This document shows, in pieces, positions 38,970 through 48,415 of a stretch of 64,000 nucleotides of DNA; within the stretch, counting starts at the first letter, position 1, and each line of letters begins with the position of its first letter. A model generated the notes under the pieces. It was not told the origin of the DNA and searched no databases. It saw only the letters and a list, made by a program, of their open reading frames with translations. The position numbers and the translations under genes are program-made. Location: positions 77,173 through 141,172 of the forward strand of contig JBAZJG010000001.1 of the NCBI GenBank assembly GCA_041651455.1, read 5' to 3'. Source of the stretch: Candidatus Omnitrophota bacterium (GTDB lineage: Bacteria > Omnitrophota > Gorgyraeia > Pluralincolimonadales > Pluralincolimonadaceae).

Positions 38970-40304
38970 ATGAATATAGATATTATCATACCTGCCTATT
39001 CGGAAACCGGAAAGGTATATAGGATAAACAGCGTTTTGATCAAGGGCAGGCCAATAATAGATTACACGCTTGAAGCCGCCATTAACGCGCCGTATATCAG
39101 GGGTATATATCTGATAACTGATGACAGCAGCATGCTTGAAAGATACGGATCATTAAAAAAGATAAAGGTGGTCATGCATAAGCATGAGGAAAACGGCGAT
39201 AATATAAGACTTAAGACGATACTGTCAAGCGCGCTTAAAAAGATAAAAGGCGCGCGGCCTGATCTGGCGGTGTTGTTATTAACGTCGGCACCCTTAAGAG
39301 ATGCGGGAATATTAGAATCGGCACTCAATTATGCCAGGTCGTTTGAGGAATATGACAGTATCGTCGGCGTGACAAGGTCGAGGAAATCGAGATTCGGCGT
39401 ATTGAACGTAGGCGCCAATGGGAAGACGGATTATAGCCAGGACAGGACATGTATCAGTTATACGGGCAAGGGGCAGCATTACACCGCCGCGGTAAACGGC
39501 GCACTGTATATCGTGAAGACAAATAGGCTTGGAAAGTTGAACGAAATGCTGTTATCTAGTAGAACCTACGGGTTTGAAATGGACGAAGAGGCAGGTAAGG
39601 ATATAGACTCTTCGGCGGATGTGGCGGTAGCAGAAGCTTTTCTTTCAATGAAAGAGGAACGCTTCGGACAGCATGCAAGGGGAAGGTTTAATGTGCAGCG
39701 CCTTTATATTCATGACGACAGGCAGATGGGGATAAACAGGAATGTCCTTGATGCCATGGCATACGAACGCCATTTTATGAGATATCGGAAATTCTTAAAG
39801 CGCATTTCCGCGTCGGATGACGTACTTGACATTGCATGCGGGAGTGGCTACGGCAGTGAAATATTGGCTTCGAAAGCCAGGTCGGTGACCGGAGTGGATT
39901 GCGACCCGGTCACCATAAAATATGCAGGTCGCCATCATAAGAAAAAAAACATAAATTTCAAAACATCGGCGATTGAAAAATTCAATCCCAAACGAAAGTT
40001 CGACAAAATAATCAGCGTGGAGACGATCGAACACCTTACCGACCCAGAGGGATACATGAAGAAAGCCAGGGGATGGCTCAAGCCCGGAGGACAGATATGG
40101 TTGACATGCCCGCTTTCTGGAATATGTCGGCAGGAAACCGAAAATCCTTTCCATATAAGTGAAATAACGTATGAAATGCTTAAGAGGATAATGAGGAAGT
40201 ATTTTAAGACTACAAGCTTCTATCGACTATCCGGAAAGAAAATATTCTCGGGTGACACCCTGAACAATAAGACGGCGTATATAGTCGCGAAAGGAGCTTT
40301 ATAA
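38970..40304 (+). CDS. Bifunctional fusion of an N-terminal cytidylyltransferase-like nucleotidyltransferase with a C-terminal class I SAM methyltransferase
   Basis: The N-terminus IIIPAYSETGKVYRINSVLIKGRPIIDYTLEAA has an NTP-transferase fold. The C-terminus has MTase motif I VLDIACGSGYGSEILA. The track ORF start at 38787 overlaps the upstream gene and is rejected; the chosen ATG at 38970 has the RBS aaggaagga. Confidence 0.6.
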   Translation: MNIDIIIPAYSETGKVYRINSVLIKGRPIIDYTLEAAINAPYIRGIYLITDDSSMLERYGSLKKIKVVMHKHEENGDNIRLKTILSSALKKIKGARPDLAVLLLTSAPLRDAGILESALNYARSFEEYDSIVGVTRSRKSRFGVLNVGANGKTDYSQDRTCISYTGKGQHYTAAVNGALYIVKTNRLGKLNEMLLSSRTYGFEMDEEAGKDIDSSADVAVAEAFLSMKEERFGQHARGRFNVQRLYIHDDRQMGINRNVLDAMAYERHFMRYRKFLKRISASDDVLDIACGSGYGSEILASKARSVTGVDCDPVTIKYAGRHHKKKNINFKTSAIEKFNPKRKFDKIISVETIEHLTDPEGYMKKARGWLKPGGQIWLTCPLSGICRQETENPFHISEITYEMLKRIMRKYFKTTSFYRLSGKKIFSGDTLNNKTAYIVAKGAL

Positions 40305-41638
40305 TGAAGGATATAGTCAAGTCACCTATACGGACTGACGATAATGATATGGTGCTGTCCTTGCCGATGACTGTACATATCGAACTGACATCTTCGTGTT
40401 GTTTCACATGTAGGCACTGCTATAATTTTTGGAGAAAAGAAAAGATCAACCACGTGTTCATGACAGAGGAAGGCCTCGATAAGATATTGGATGAGCTAAT
40501 AAAGAACGGGGTGATGCATGTGATATTTACCGGGGGAGAGCCTTTCATGAACAGGAAGGTGCTGTTGCGTGGTATCAAAAGGCTGAAAAGCGCCGGTTTA
40601 AGTTCGACATGCAATTCAACACTGGCCGTTTTCAACTCGATAGAAGAACTTAAGGAACTGAAGGAGGCCGGATTAGAGCACATTCTGACATCACTCAACT
40701 CATGCAGCGAAGAGACGAACGATTATCTTGTTACTAAGCGCGGCGCTCAATCTAAGATCATCAAAGGGATGCAGAACGCGATCTCAGCCGGGATACGCAT
40801 AAGCGTGAATATGATTATCTCGGAAAGTAATATAAATGATATTTACAGGACAGGCGAACTTGCAAGCAAGCTTGGAGCGAAGAAATTTTTCGGAACGAGG
40901 GTGGTACCCCATCTTTCCGGAAAGATAGAAGACCAGAAGGAATTTCTTATCTACCAAAAAGAAGCCAGGGTCATACTGGATGAGCTTATAAAGGTTCAGA
41001 ATGATTTTGCTATTCAGGTCGGGACGCTCGTCCCATTCCCATATTGCTTTGTATTCAAGGAGGAAGACAGACAAAAGTATGCCCGGTTCTATTCGCACGG
41101 TTGCCCCGCGGGGAATAAGATGATATCCATAAACGCAAACGGGGAAGCGCACGCCTGCGTCCACGAAAAACAGGGTTATGGGAACATATTGGAGATCGGA
41201 TTGAGGTCTGCCTGGAAGAACATGGAAAAATGGAGGTCCGGCGAGTATTTTCCTTCTGTTTGTAAGGAATGCGAGCTATTTGATGAATGCAATGGAGGCT
41301 GTCGCCTTGCTACTTTGGCATACAAGGGGGATATTTCATCGACTGACAACCTGAGGGTAGGATGGGCAAAAGGGAAAAAGAGAGTTGAAGATTCTGGCGA
41401 GCGGATGATATTGAAAGCAAGATACGCCGTTCCGCAAACCCTACGTTTTAGGAAGGAGAACGGGTTCTCGGTGGTAGACCGTTTTGGATCGGAAGTCCTA
41501 TGTGTGAAGGACAGGATCGCGAAAGTCCTGATGGATCATAAACTAAAGAAAACCGCATTTATCCCAGAAGAAGAAGGCATCTTGGACATAGAGACGTTAA
41601 AAACGCTCATAAATGAAAAACTTCTGGTGAAGGCATAA
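40304..41638 (+). CDS. Radical SAM / SPASM-domain protein
   Basis: The motif CCFTCRHC (Cx3Cx2C) is followed by a C-terminal SPASM-like Cys cluster CVHE...CKECELFDECNGGCR. Confidence 0.72.
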   Translation: MKDIVKSPIRTDDNDMVLSLPMTVHIELTSSCCFTCRHCYNFWRKEKINHVFMTEEGLDKILDELIKNGVMHVIFTGGEPFMNRKVLLRGIKRLKSAGLSSTCNSTLAVFNSIEELKELKEAGLEHILTSLNSCSEETNDYLVTKRGAQSKIIKGMQNAISAGIRISVNMIISESNINDIYRTGELASKLGAKKFFGTRVVPHLSGKIEDQKEFLIYQKEARVILDELIKVQNDFAIQVGTLVPFPYCFVFKEEDRQKYARFYSHGCPAGNKMISINANGEAHACVHEKQGYGNILEIGLRSAWKNMEKWRSGEYFPSVCKECELFDECNGGCRLATLAYKGDISSTDNLRVGWAKGKKRVEDSGERMILKARYAVPQTLRFRKENGFSVVDRFGSEVLCVKDRIAKVLMDHKLKKTAFIPEEEGILDIETLKTLINEKLLVKA

Positions 41639-41655
41639 CAAAAGGATATTCAAGA

Positions 41656-42339
41656 ATGAAGATAAAGCATTATGCCCTCATTCCCGCAAAGAAGGATTCA
41701 AGCCGGTGTAAAAACAAAAACTGGAGGAAATTCAGTAAAAATTGCAACCTTGTTGATTACACCGTAAAGTCGGTACCCGGGAACATGTTTGAGAAAATAA
41801 TTGTATCGACAGATAAAATAGACTACCATCCTCCGCGGCATGTATTGAAACACCTGAGAGACAGGAAATTGTCGAGAAAGGGTTCGTGCGTAAAGGACCT
41901 GATACGAATAATTATACGCGAATACGGATTAAGGGATGAGGACTATCTTTGGCTTCTTAATCCTACTTCGCCGTTTAGGGAAAAAACCGACTTTACTAGA
42001 ATTGCGGATTATATTGGCAGGTATAAGCCGGATTCGGTAATCTCGGTTATAGAAATACACCCATTCATATGGAAAGGGGCCAGCCCTTTGTTTGAGACGA
42101 GAGGGAAACGCAGGAATACGGAGAGTTTTAAGGAAAGGTATTCTGTTGAGAACGGCATGTTCTATGTGATGAATATCGGTTATTTCCGTTCTAAAAGGTC
42201 GTGGTATGGAAAGCGGTCAATGCTGTATAAGCGGCACGGTATCCTGTCGTTTGTGGACATCGATACGGAAGAGGAATTTATAGAAGCAAGAAAACTGACC
42301 GGAATAAAGGACTTCAAAAACCGGGGGAAAAGAGAATGA
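41656..42339 (+). CDS. Acylneuraminate/ulosonate cytidylyltransferase family protein (CMP-sugar synthetase)
   Basis: ALIPAKKDSSRCKNKN and NPTSPFR match the NeuA/KdsB/PseF-type motifs. Confidence 0.68.
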   Translation: MKIKHYALIPAKKDSSRCKNKNWRKFSKNCNLVDYTVKSVPGNMFEKIIVSTDKIDYHPPRHVLKHLRDRKLSRKGSCVKDLIRIIIREYGLRDEDYLWLLNPTSPFREKTDFTRIADYIGRYKPDSVISVIEIHPFIWKGASPLFETRGKRRNTESFKERYSVENGMFYVMNIGYFRSKRSWYGKRSMLYKRHGILSFVDIDTEEEFIEARKLTGIKDFKNRGKRE

Positions 42340-43205
42340 TAAGATTTAAGGACCTGAAGGATGTCTACCTTATAGGAGAAATAGGCATAAACCATAATGG
42401 CGACCTTCAGATTGCAAAGAAACTAATTGACGCTGTATACGCATGCGGATGGAAATGTGTGAAGTTTCAGAAGAGGAATCCGGATGTATGTGTTCCAGAA
42501 AGTCAGAAAAATACAAAGCGTGACACGCCTTGGGGAATGATGACATACCTGGAATACAAGAAACGAACGGAGTTCGGCAGGAAAGAATACGATTATATCG
42601 ACAAATATTGTAGGGAAAAACCGTTGAATTGGACGGCGTCAGTTTGGGATCTAGGCAGCTTTAAATTCATGAAGAAGTACGATCTTCCCTTTATTAAGCT
42701 GCCTTCCGCCAAGATAAATGACATGGAACTGGTAGAGGCTGTTGCGAAGTCCGGGATACCGGTGCTTGCATCGACCGGTATGAGCTCATTGGGCGAAATC
42801 GACAAGCTCGTTAGTATCCTTAGGAAATATTCGTGTGAATTCGCTCTTATGCATACGAATTCAAGCTACCCCACCCCGTTAGAAGAGCTTAACCTGAATT
42901 GCATCGTTACGCTTAGAAAAAGGTATGACTGTGTTATAGGTTATAGCGGCCATGAGTATAACGTGGAACCTACCGTTTACGCGTGCGTTCTGGGAGCCAA
43001 GATAATCGAAAGGCATATAACCCTTGATCATACGATGTGGGGGACAGACCAATCATCAAGCCTTGAAGTGGGCGCCATGTACCTCCTCAATAGAAGAGTG
43101 CAGCATATCGATATGATGCTGGGGAGCGGAATCAAGAAGATAAGTGCAAGCGAAAGAAAAATTATCAATAAGCTGAAGCATAACCTTTGCGAAAGGAGAA
43201 AATAA
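42336..43205 (+). CDS. NeuB-family ulosonic acid (sialic-acid-type) synthase, a short form lacking the SAF domain
   Basis: YLIGEIGINHNGDLQIAKKLID is the NeuB signature; 289 aa. Confidence 0.72.
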   Translation: MIRFKDLKDVYLIGEIGINHNGDLQIAKKLIDAVYACGWKCVKFQKRNPDVCVPESQKNTKRDTPWGMMTYLEYKKRTEFGRKEYDYIDKYCREKPLNWTASVWDLGSFKFMKKYDLPFIKLPSAKINDMELVEAVAKSGIPVLASTGMSSLGEIDKLVSILRKYSCEFALMHTNSSYPTPLEELNLNCIVTLRKRYDCVIGYSGHEYNVEPTVYACVLGAKIIERHITLDHTMWGTDQSSSLEVGAMYLLNRRVQHIDMMLGSGIKKISASERKIINKLKHNLCERRK

Positions 43206-43864
43206 TGTTGGGGCCGGATTTCAATAAACAATACGAATATGAGAACAGTTTCTACCTTACAGCGCCCATTAACAGGATTAGCAAATTTGTCACTCATCTT
43301 GATCTTTTCAGGAGGATTTCCGGATTGTCAGGAGAGATCGTGGAATGCGGCGTATTCAAAGGAGTGTCGCTGTCCAGATTGATTAAATTCAGAGCATTGT
43401 TTGAAAATCCGCAAAGTAGAAAGATAATAGCATTTGATACCTTCGGAGATTTTCCGGAAGCAAAATACAAGGCTGATGTCAAAAAAAGGCGACAATTTAT
43501 CTCAGAAGCAGGAAGCAAAAGCATAAGCAGGGATGAATTGATCTGCATCCTGAAAAAGCTGGATCTCTACCAGAACATCGAGCTCGTGGCAGGCAATATA
43601 TTGAAAACGGTGCCGCGCTACGTTTCAAGGAACAGACATCTGAAGATAGCCTTGCTGCATATAGATGTTGATCTGTATGAAGCGACGGATATATGCCTAA
43701 AGGAACTGTACCCGTTGGTCGTAAAGGGCGGGATAGTGGTATTGGATGATTACGGCGCCTTTCCCGGAGCTAATAAAGCCATTGACGATTATTTTGTGAA
43801 TAAGAAGGTCAGAATTAAAAAATACCCTTATTCCAACGCCATATCATATGTGCAAGTCGATTGA
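43205..43864 (+). CDS. TylF/MycF-family SAM-dependent O-methyltransferase
   Basis: IVECGVFKGVSLSRL and the C-terminal VVLDDYG are present, and the TAATG overlaps the upstream stop. Confidence 0.62.
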   Translation: MLGPDFNKQYEYENSFYLTAPINRISKFVTHLDLFRRISGLSGEIVECGVFKGVSLSRLIKFRALFENPQSRKIIAFDTFGDFPEAKYKADVKKRRQFISEAGSKSISRDELICILKKLDLYQNIELVAGNILKTVPRYVSRNRHLKIALLHIDVDLYEATDICLKELYPLVVKGGIVVLDDYGAFPGANKAIDDYFVNKKVRIKKYPYSNAISYVQVD

Positions 43865-44379
43865 GAAAGGGCGGTGATAAAATGAGAATACATAAGTATT
43901 ACGATCTTAAGAAGGTAAAATTGATAGTATATGATTTCGACGGTGTTTTTACCGATAATAAGGTCATTCTTATGGAAGACGGGAAAGAAGGTGTTATAGT
44001 AAACAGGTCGGATGGGCTTGCGGTATCAATCTTCAAGAAAATGGGTATTCCTCAAATTATATTGTCTACCGAAAGAAATCCCATAGTTAAGGCCAGATCG
44101 AGGAAACTTGGCATACCAGCCTTGACCTGCGTTAACGATAAGAAGAAGGATCTCTCTTCATATTGCAGGAAACTCAATATCCCGCTGCATTCCGTGGCTT
44201 ATATCGGTAATGATATCAACGACTATGAAGCGATGTTATGCGTGGGATTCCCGATAGCGCCGGCGGATGCGAACAGCCGCATAAAAGGCATAGCGGAAAT
44301 AGTAACTAAAACACGAGGCGGGGAAGGAGTTGCCCGAGAGTTACTCGATATATTTACCCGCGGAATGGGAGTATGCTGA
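43861..44379 (+). CDS. HAD-IIIA phosphatase of the KdsC family (ulosonate-phosphate phosphatase)
   Basis: IVYDFDGVFTD and GNDINDYEAM are present; the protein is about 165-172 aa. Confidence 0.7.
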   Translation: MRKGGDKMRIHKYYDLKKVKLIVYDFDGVFTDNKVILMEDGKEGVIVNRSDGLAVSIFKKMGIPQIILSTERNPIVKARSRKLGIPALTCVNDKKKDLSSYCRKLNIPLHSVAYIGNDINDYEAMLCVGFPIAPADANSRIKGIAEIVTKTRGGEGVARELLDIFTRGMGVC

Positions 44380-46193
44380 AATACGACATGGGAACAATGA
44401 GGTGTGCGGACGGCTCTTCGTTGATTTATGAAGTCGATAAGACCGCATCAATGATCGCGCTTAGGATATCACAAGAGCTTAAAAAAGATCCGATCTTCGG
44501 AGAATTAGATGAAAGGTTGCCAGGCGGGTGGTCCCTGTTTTATTTTCAGATATTAATAAAAGATAAAATATATCCGTACATACGACAAGCACACGTCATC
44601 CGCTGGTATATCGGAAACGGGATAACCATACCTGATAAAGAGAAGACCGTAACGATACCGCAATGCGGTATACTTACAGTTTTAAAAGATCATTGGGATT
44701 TCGATGATGTACCTATACGGTACGGAAGAGGTCCGCTTTCCGGATGGGATAAGGCGCTGAAAAGAACGGTAAAACGGTACAGGGATGGTTTGCTCAAGAC
44801 CTGGGAAGCGTACATATTCGGTCAGGCAAAGGAAAATGCGAAGCAGGACCTCGCCGGGACCGCCCGCACCATAGCCTGTCATTATGCTGAAGGATTTGAT
44901 CCTAACAGGCGAAATGACTTGAACTGGTATGCCGGTAGCGGGATAGACGCGAAAGACGTTTTGATATACTTTGATTGTCCGGATAATATTACCGGTGGTC
45001 CTATCGGCAAGGAAACTATCGACAAACTTGAAAGCAAAGGTTTTAGATGCGTGGCTCTCAAAAATGGCGTCGTAAATAGCATGCATTCGGCATTTTGTAA
45101 AGTACCATGTATACACCCGGACAGATATCTAAAAGCAGGCCGTGTGCGCAACCCGGTTACGGATTGGCTTGTTGAGGAAGGGAACGATCTCATCCGGAGC
45201 GTAGAATATTGGAGGTCATTTTATAAGGAATTTGGCATAAAAGTGAATTATGTAGCGGAAGAGAACCCGTATGTGAACATTCCGCAAAGGATAGCTTTCG
45301 ATGTTGATGGCGAAAACGGCGGCCTTCTTGCAGGCAAGCAAAGGTCGGAGGTGCCGTTCATATACCGTTACCTGAATGGGTATCACCCCAAGCATATATA
45401 TTTTACGTGGAATAGGAGATCCGCGTTAAACATTGAGCAAAAACATGAGAATGTAGGCAGGATAGTGGTTACCGGTTATCCTTATGGCACGCTGTGTCCG
45501 GCGAAAGATGACGCTTCATTATTGAGATCGAGAGGAGCCAAATTCATAATAGCGCTTTTTGATAATATACACGGTTCCGATTATATATATTCAACCGATG
45601 AAATGAGGCGATATTATGAGGCCTTCCTGTCGTTTATGATTGAGGACGAAACGACCGGGATAATAATAAAATCAAAGAAACCGCTTGTTATCCAAAAACT
45701 GCCTGAGATACACACGCTTCTCGAAAAGGCGGTTGCAACAGGTCGGTGCATAAGGCTTGACAGGGAGATTGGCAGGCTTCCTTTTGACGCATCCAGGAAT
45801 GCCGATCTTGCCGTGGGAGTTGGCATATCATCACCTGTGATAGAAGCGGTGATAGCCGGTTGCAAGGGGGTTCATTATGACATCACGCATTATAAAAAGC
45901 ACGTGTTCTATGAATGGGGATACGAGAAAATTATCTTCGATGATATATTGAGGCTTATTGATGCGATAAAAAGATTCAAGAAAGAGCCGTCATCGGAGCC
46001 GGGACTCGGTGATTGGTCCGGGCATATCGAGGAGCTCGACCCGTTTTGCGACAGGAAAGGAGGAGAACGGATGGGGAGTTATATGAAAATTCTCTTCGAA
46101 TCATTCAGGTCAGGCAAAGGTCGTGTGACTGCCGTAAACGACGCGGACAGGACTTATTCTCGCGAATGGGGCGATTATAAGATTGTAAAATGA
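44373..46193 (+). CDS. Hypothetical 606-aa protein; possibly a glycosyltransferase (candidate capsule-type ulosonate transferase), fold unassigned
   Basis: It is a long ORF with good coding appearance inside the operon, but no motif was recognised with confidence. Confidence 0.3.
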   Translation: MLKYDMGTMRCADGSSLIYEVDKTASMIALRISQELKKDPIFGELDERLPGGWSLFYFQILIKDKIYPYIRQAHVIRWYIGNGITIPDKEKTVTIPQCGILTVLKDHWDFDDVPIRYGRGPLSGWDKALKRTVKRYRDGLLKTWEAYIFGQAKENAKQDLAGTARTIACHYAEGFDPNRRNDLNWYAGSGIDAKDVLIYFDCPDNITGGPIGKETIDKLESKGFRCVALKNGVVNSMHSAFCKVPCIHPDRYLKAGRVRNPVTDWLVEEGNDLIRSVEYWRSFYKEFGIKVNYVAEENPYVNIPQRIAFDVDGENGGLLAGKQRSEVPFIYRYLNGYHPKHIYFTWNRRSALNIEQKHENVGRIVVTGYPYGTLCPAKDDASLLRSRGAKFIIALFDNIHGSDYIYSTDEMRRYYEAFLSFMIEDETTGIIIKSKKPLVIQKLPEIHTLLEKAVATGRCIRLDREIGRLPFDASRNADLAVGVGISSPVIEAVIAGCKGVHYDITHYKKHVFYEWGYEKIIFDDILRLIDAIKRFKKEPSSEPGLGDWSGHIEELDPFCDRKGGERMGSYMKILFESFRSGKGRVTAVNDADRTYSREWGDYKIVK

Positions 46194-46196
46194 GGA

Positions 46197-47375
46197 ATGC
46201 ATATGAAACGGATTAATGTGCTTGTGGTCGGTGCGGGTATGTATGTTTGCGGAAGGGGTACAGAGACATTCGGGACCATCATCCCGTCGCTGAACGAATC
46301 AAACAAGTCCGGCGCTTTAGGAAAGATCTTTATAGCCGGAAGGAGCATCTCCGGAATAAGGGCCGCGAAAAAGAAGATTGCCTCACTAAATAAGGCTATG
46401 GGGACCGCGCCGGACCTATCTTTCTATGCCGACGTCAAGAACGGTCCAAAAGGTTATATAAGGGCAATACAGGAGATGCCGAGGCCGGCCTGCGCCATTA
46501 TCGCGGTTCCAGACAACATCCATAAGGATGTAGCAGAGGCTGCGTTGTTGAATGGTATGCATGTGCTGGTCGTTAAACCGTTTGTTGAAACGGTAAAGGA
46601 TGCGAAGGATCTCGAGAAGACGAGGAAAGAACAAGGGCTTTACGGGGCGGTGGAATTCCATAAAAGATACGATGATGCCAACCTGAAATTAAGGGATGCC
46701 ATATCACAGGGTGCTATAGGAGACCCGTTATATTTCCTTGCTGAATTCAGCCAAAGAAAGAGCATGCCGGAAAAAGTATTCAGAAGATGGGCGGCTTCTA
46801 CGAATATTTTCCAGTACCTTGGGATCCATTATGTGGATATGGTCCACTTTGTCACCAAGGCAAAACCGGTACGGGCAATGGCTACCGGCCAGTCGTATTG
46901 GCTGAGATCAAAAGGCATTGATACGTATGATGCCGTTGAAGCCGTTACCGAGTGGAAACTGGAGAACGGAAAAAGATTCGTTTCGCATATACTTACCAAC
47001 TGGATAGACCCCGAGAAGACATCGGCCATGTCAGACCAGAAGATAAAGGTCATAGGCACGAAAGGAAGGTTCGAGTCAGATCAAAAGGCCCGCGGAGTTA
47101 CTATGATTACCGATAAGAATGGCATAGAAGAGATAAATCCGTATTTTTGCAGCCAGTACGGTCCATATGGGAATGTGAGATTCCGCGGCTACGGAATAGA
47201 CAGTATAAAGACCTTTCTCAACGATTCTATAGCGATAGAGTACGGCAGCAAAACCATTGAAGAGCTTGAAAGGGAAAGGCCTACTTTCAATAACTCGCTT
47301 ATACCCACAATGGTGCTTGAAGCTGTTAATACAAGCTTGAAATGCAACGGTAAATGGGTTGAGATAGCCAGATGA
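46197..47375 (+). CDS. Putative NAD(P)-binding oxidoreductase (Rossmann N-terminus)
   Basis: INVLVVGAGMYVCGRG resembles a dinucleotide-binding fold; the rest is unassigned. Confidence 0.35.
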   Translation: MHMKRINVLVVGAGMYVCGRGTETFGTIIPSLNESNKSGALGKIFIAGRSISGIRAAKKKIASLNKAMGTAPDLSFYADVKNGPKGYIRAIQEMPRPACAIIAVPDNIHKDVAEAALLNGMHVLVVKPFVETVKDAKDLEKTRKEQGLYGAVEFHKRYDDANLKLRDAISQGAIGDPLYFLAEFSQRKSMPEKVFRRWAASTNIFQYLGIHYVDMVHFVTKAKPVRAMATGQSYWLRSKGIDTYDAVEAVTEWKLENGKRFVSHILTNWIDPEKTSAMSDQKIKVIGTKGRFESDQKARGVTMITDKNGIEEINPYFCSQYGPYGNVRFRGYGIDSIKTFLNDSIAIEYGSKTIEELERERPTFNNSLIPTMVLEAVNTSLKCNGKWVEIAR

Positions 47376-48415
47376 AAAAGATGTTCGTTCCGCACGAGCG
47401 GTTATCTGTATTTATAAAGAAGGTACTCCTAAATGCCGGGGTACGCGAAGATGTTGCGTATCATGTCAATGAAGGGTTAGTACAAGCGTCACTAAGGGGG
47501 GTCGATTCGCACGGTATAAGGCTATTTCCGCATTATATGGCGTCGGTAAAAGCGGGCAGGATAAATCCCGATCCCGAATATAAGTTCGAGAGGACCTCGG
47601 CCTCTACCGGAAAGTTCGACGCAGACCACACCTTCGGGCACGCCGCCGGCATAGAGTCGGCAAGGAAGGCGGTAGAGCTCGCCAAGGAAGCGGGGACGGG
47701 CAGCATAGCCGTGTTCAATTCGACCCACTTCGGCGCTGCCGCATATTTCACGCTCGAGATAGCAAAGCAAGGGATGATAGGGTTAAGCTTCACTCATGCG
47801 GATTCGCTGATGAAGACATATGCGGGCAAAAGGGCGTTCCTCGGGACGAACCCGATATCCTTCGCCGCGCCGGTGGAGGGCGAAGAACCGTTCTGCCTCG
47901 ACATGGCCACGACGCTTTATAATTTCAACAAGATAAAGCAGCTGAGGGAGCGCAAGCATCCCGCACCTGAAGGCGTAGGCGCGGATACGGAAGGCAATGA
48001 GACGACGGATGCGGATAAGATATCGATGCTGCTTCCAATGGGCGGATACAAAGGATACGGCCTTAGCCTGATGGTGGAGGTGCTTTGCGGGATACTTACC
48101 GGCATGCCATACGGCCCTAATATATCGAGCATGTTCAAGGCGCCGTTGTCGCAGAAAAGGTTCCTCGGACATTTTATCTGCGCGATGAGGATAGACTGTT
48201 TCCAGGAAGAAAAGGTCTTTAAGCGGCGCATGGCCGAATTGTTGAATGAACTGAGGAATGAGCCTCCCATGGAGAAAGGGGTACCGGTGCAGGTGGCGGG
48301 AGACCCGGAGAAGAAGGCCGCTTCGGAAAGGACGAAAGAAGGGATACCGATGGCCGCGCCGGAAGCGGAGGCCTTCATGAAGCTATCCGCCGAATACGGG
48401 GTGGAATTCATATAG
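47372..48415 (+). CDS. Ldh2-family (malate/L-lactate/sulfolactate dehydrogenase type 2) oxidoreductase
   Basis: PMGGYKGYGLSLMVEVLCGILTG matches the Ldh_2 family. The GC content returns to the high level here. Confidence 0.68.
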   Translation: MKKMFVPHERLSVFIKKVLLNAGVREDVAYHVNEGLVQASLRGVDSHGIRLFPHYMASVKAGRINPDPEYKFERTSASTGKFDADHTFGHAAGIESARKAVELAKEAGTGSIAVFNSTHFGAAAYFTLEIAKQGMIGLSFTHADSLMKTYAGKRAFLGTNPISFAAPVEGEEPFCLDMATTLYNFNKIKQLRERKHPAPEGVGADTEGNETTDADKISMLLPMGGYKGYGLSLMVEVLCGILTGMPYGPNISSMFKAPLSQKRFLGHFICAMRIDCFQEEKVFKRRMAELLNELRNEPPMEKGVPVQVAGDPEKKAASERTKEGIPMAAPEAEAFMKLSAEYGVEFI

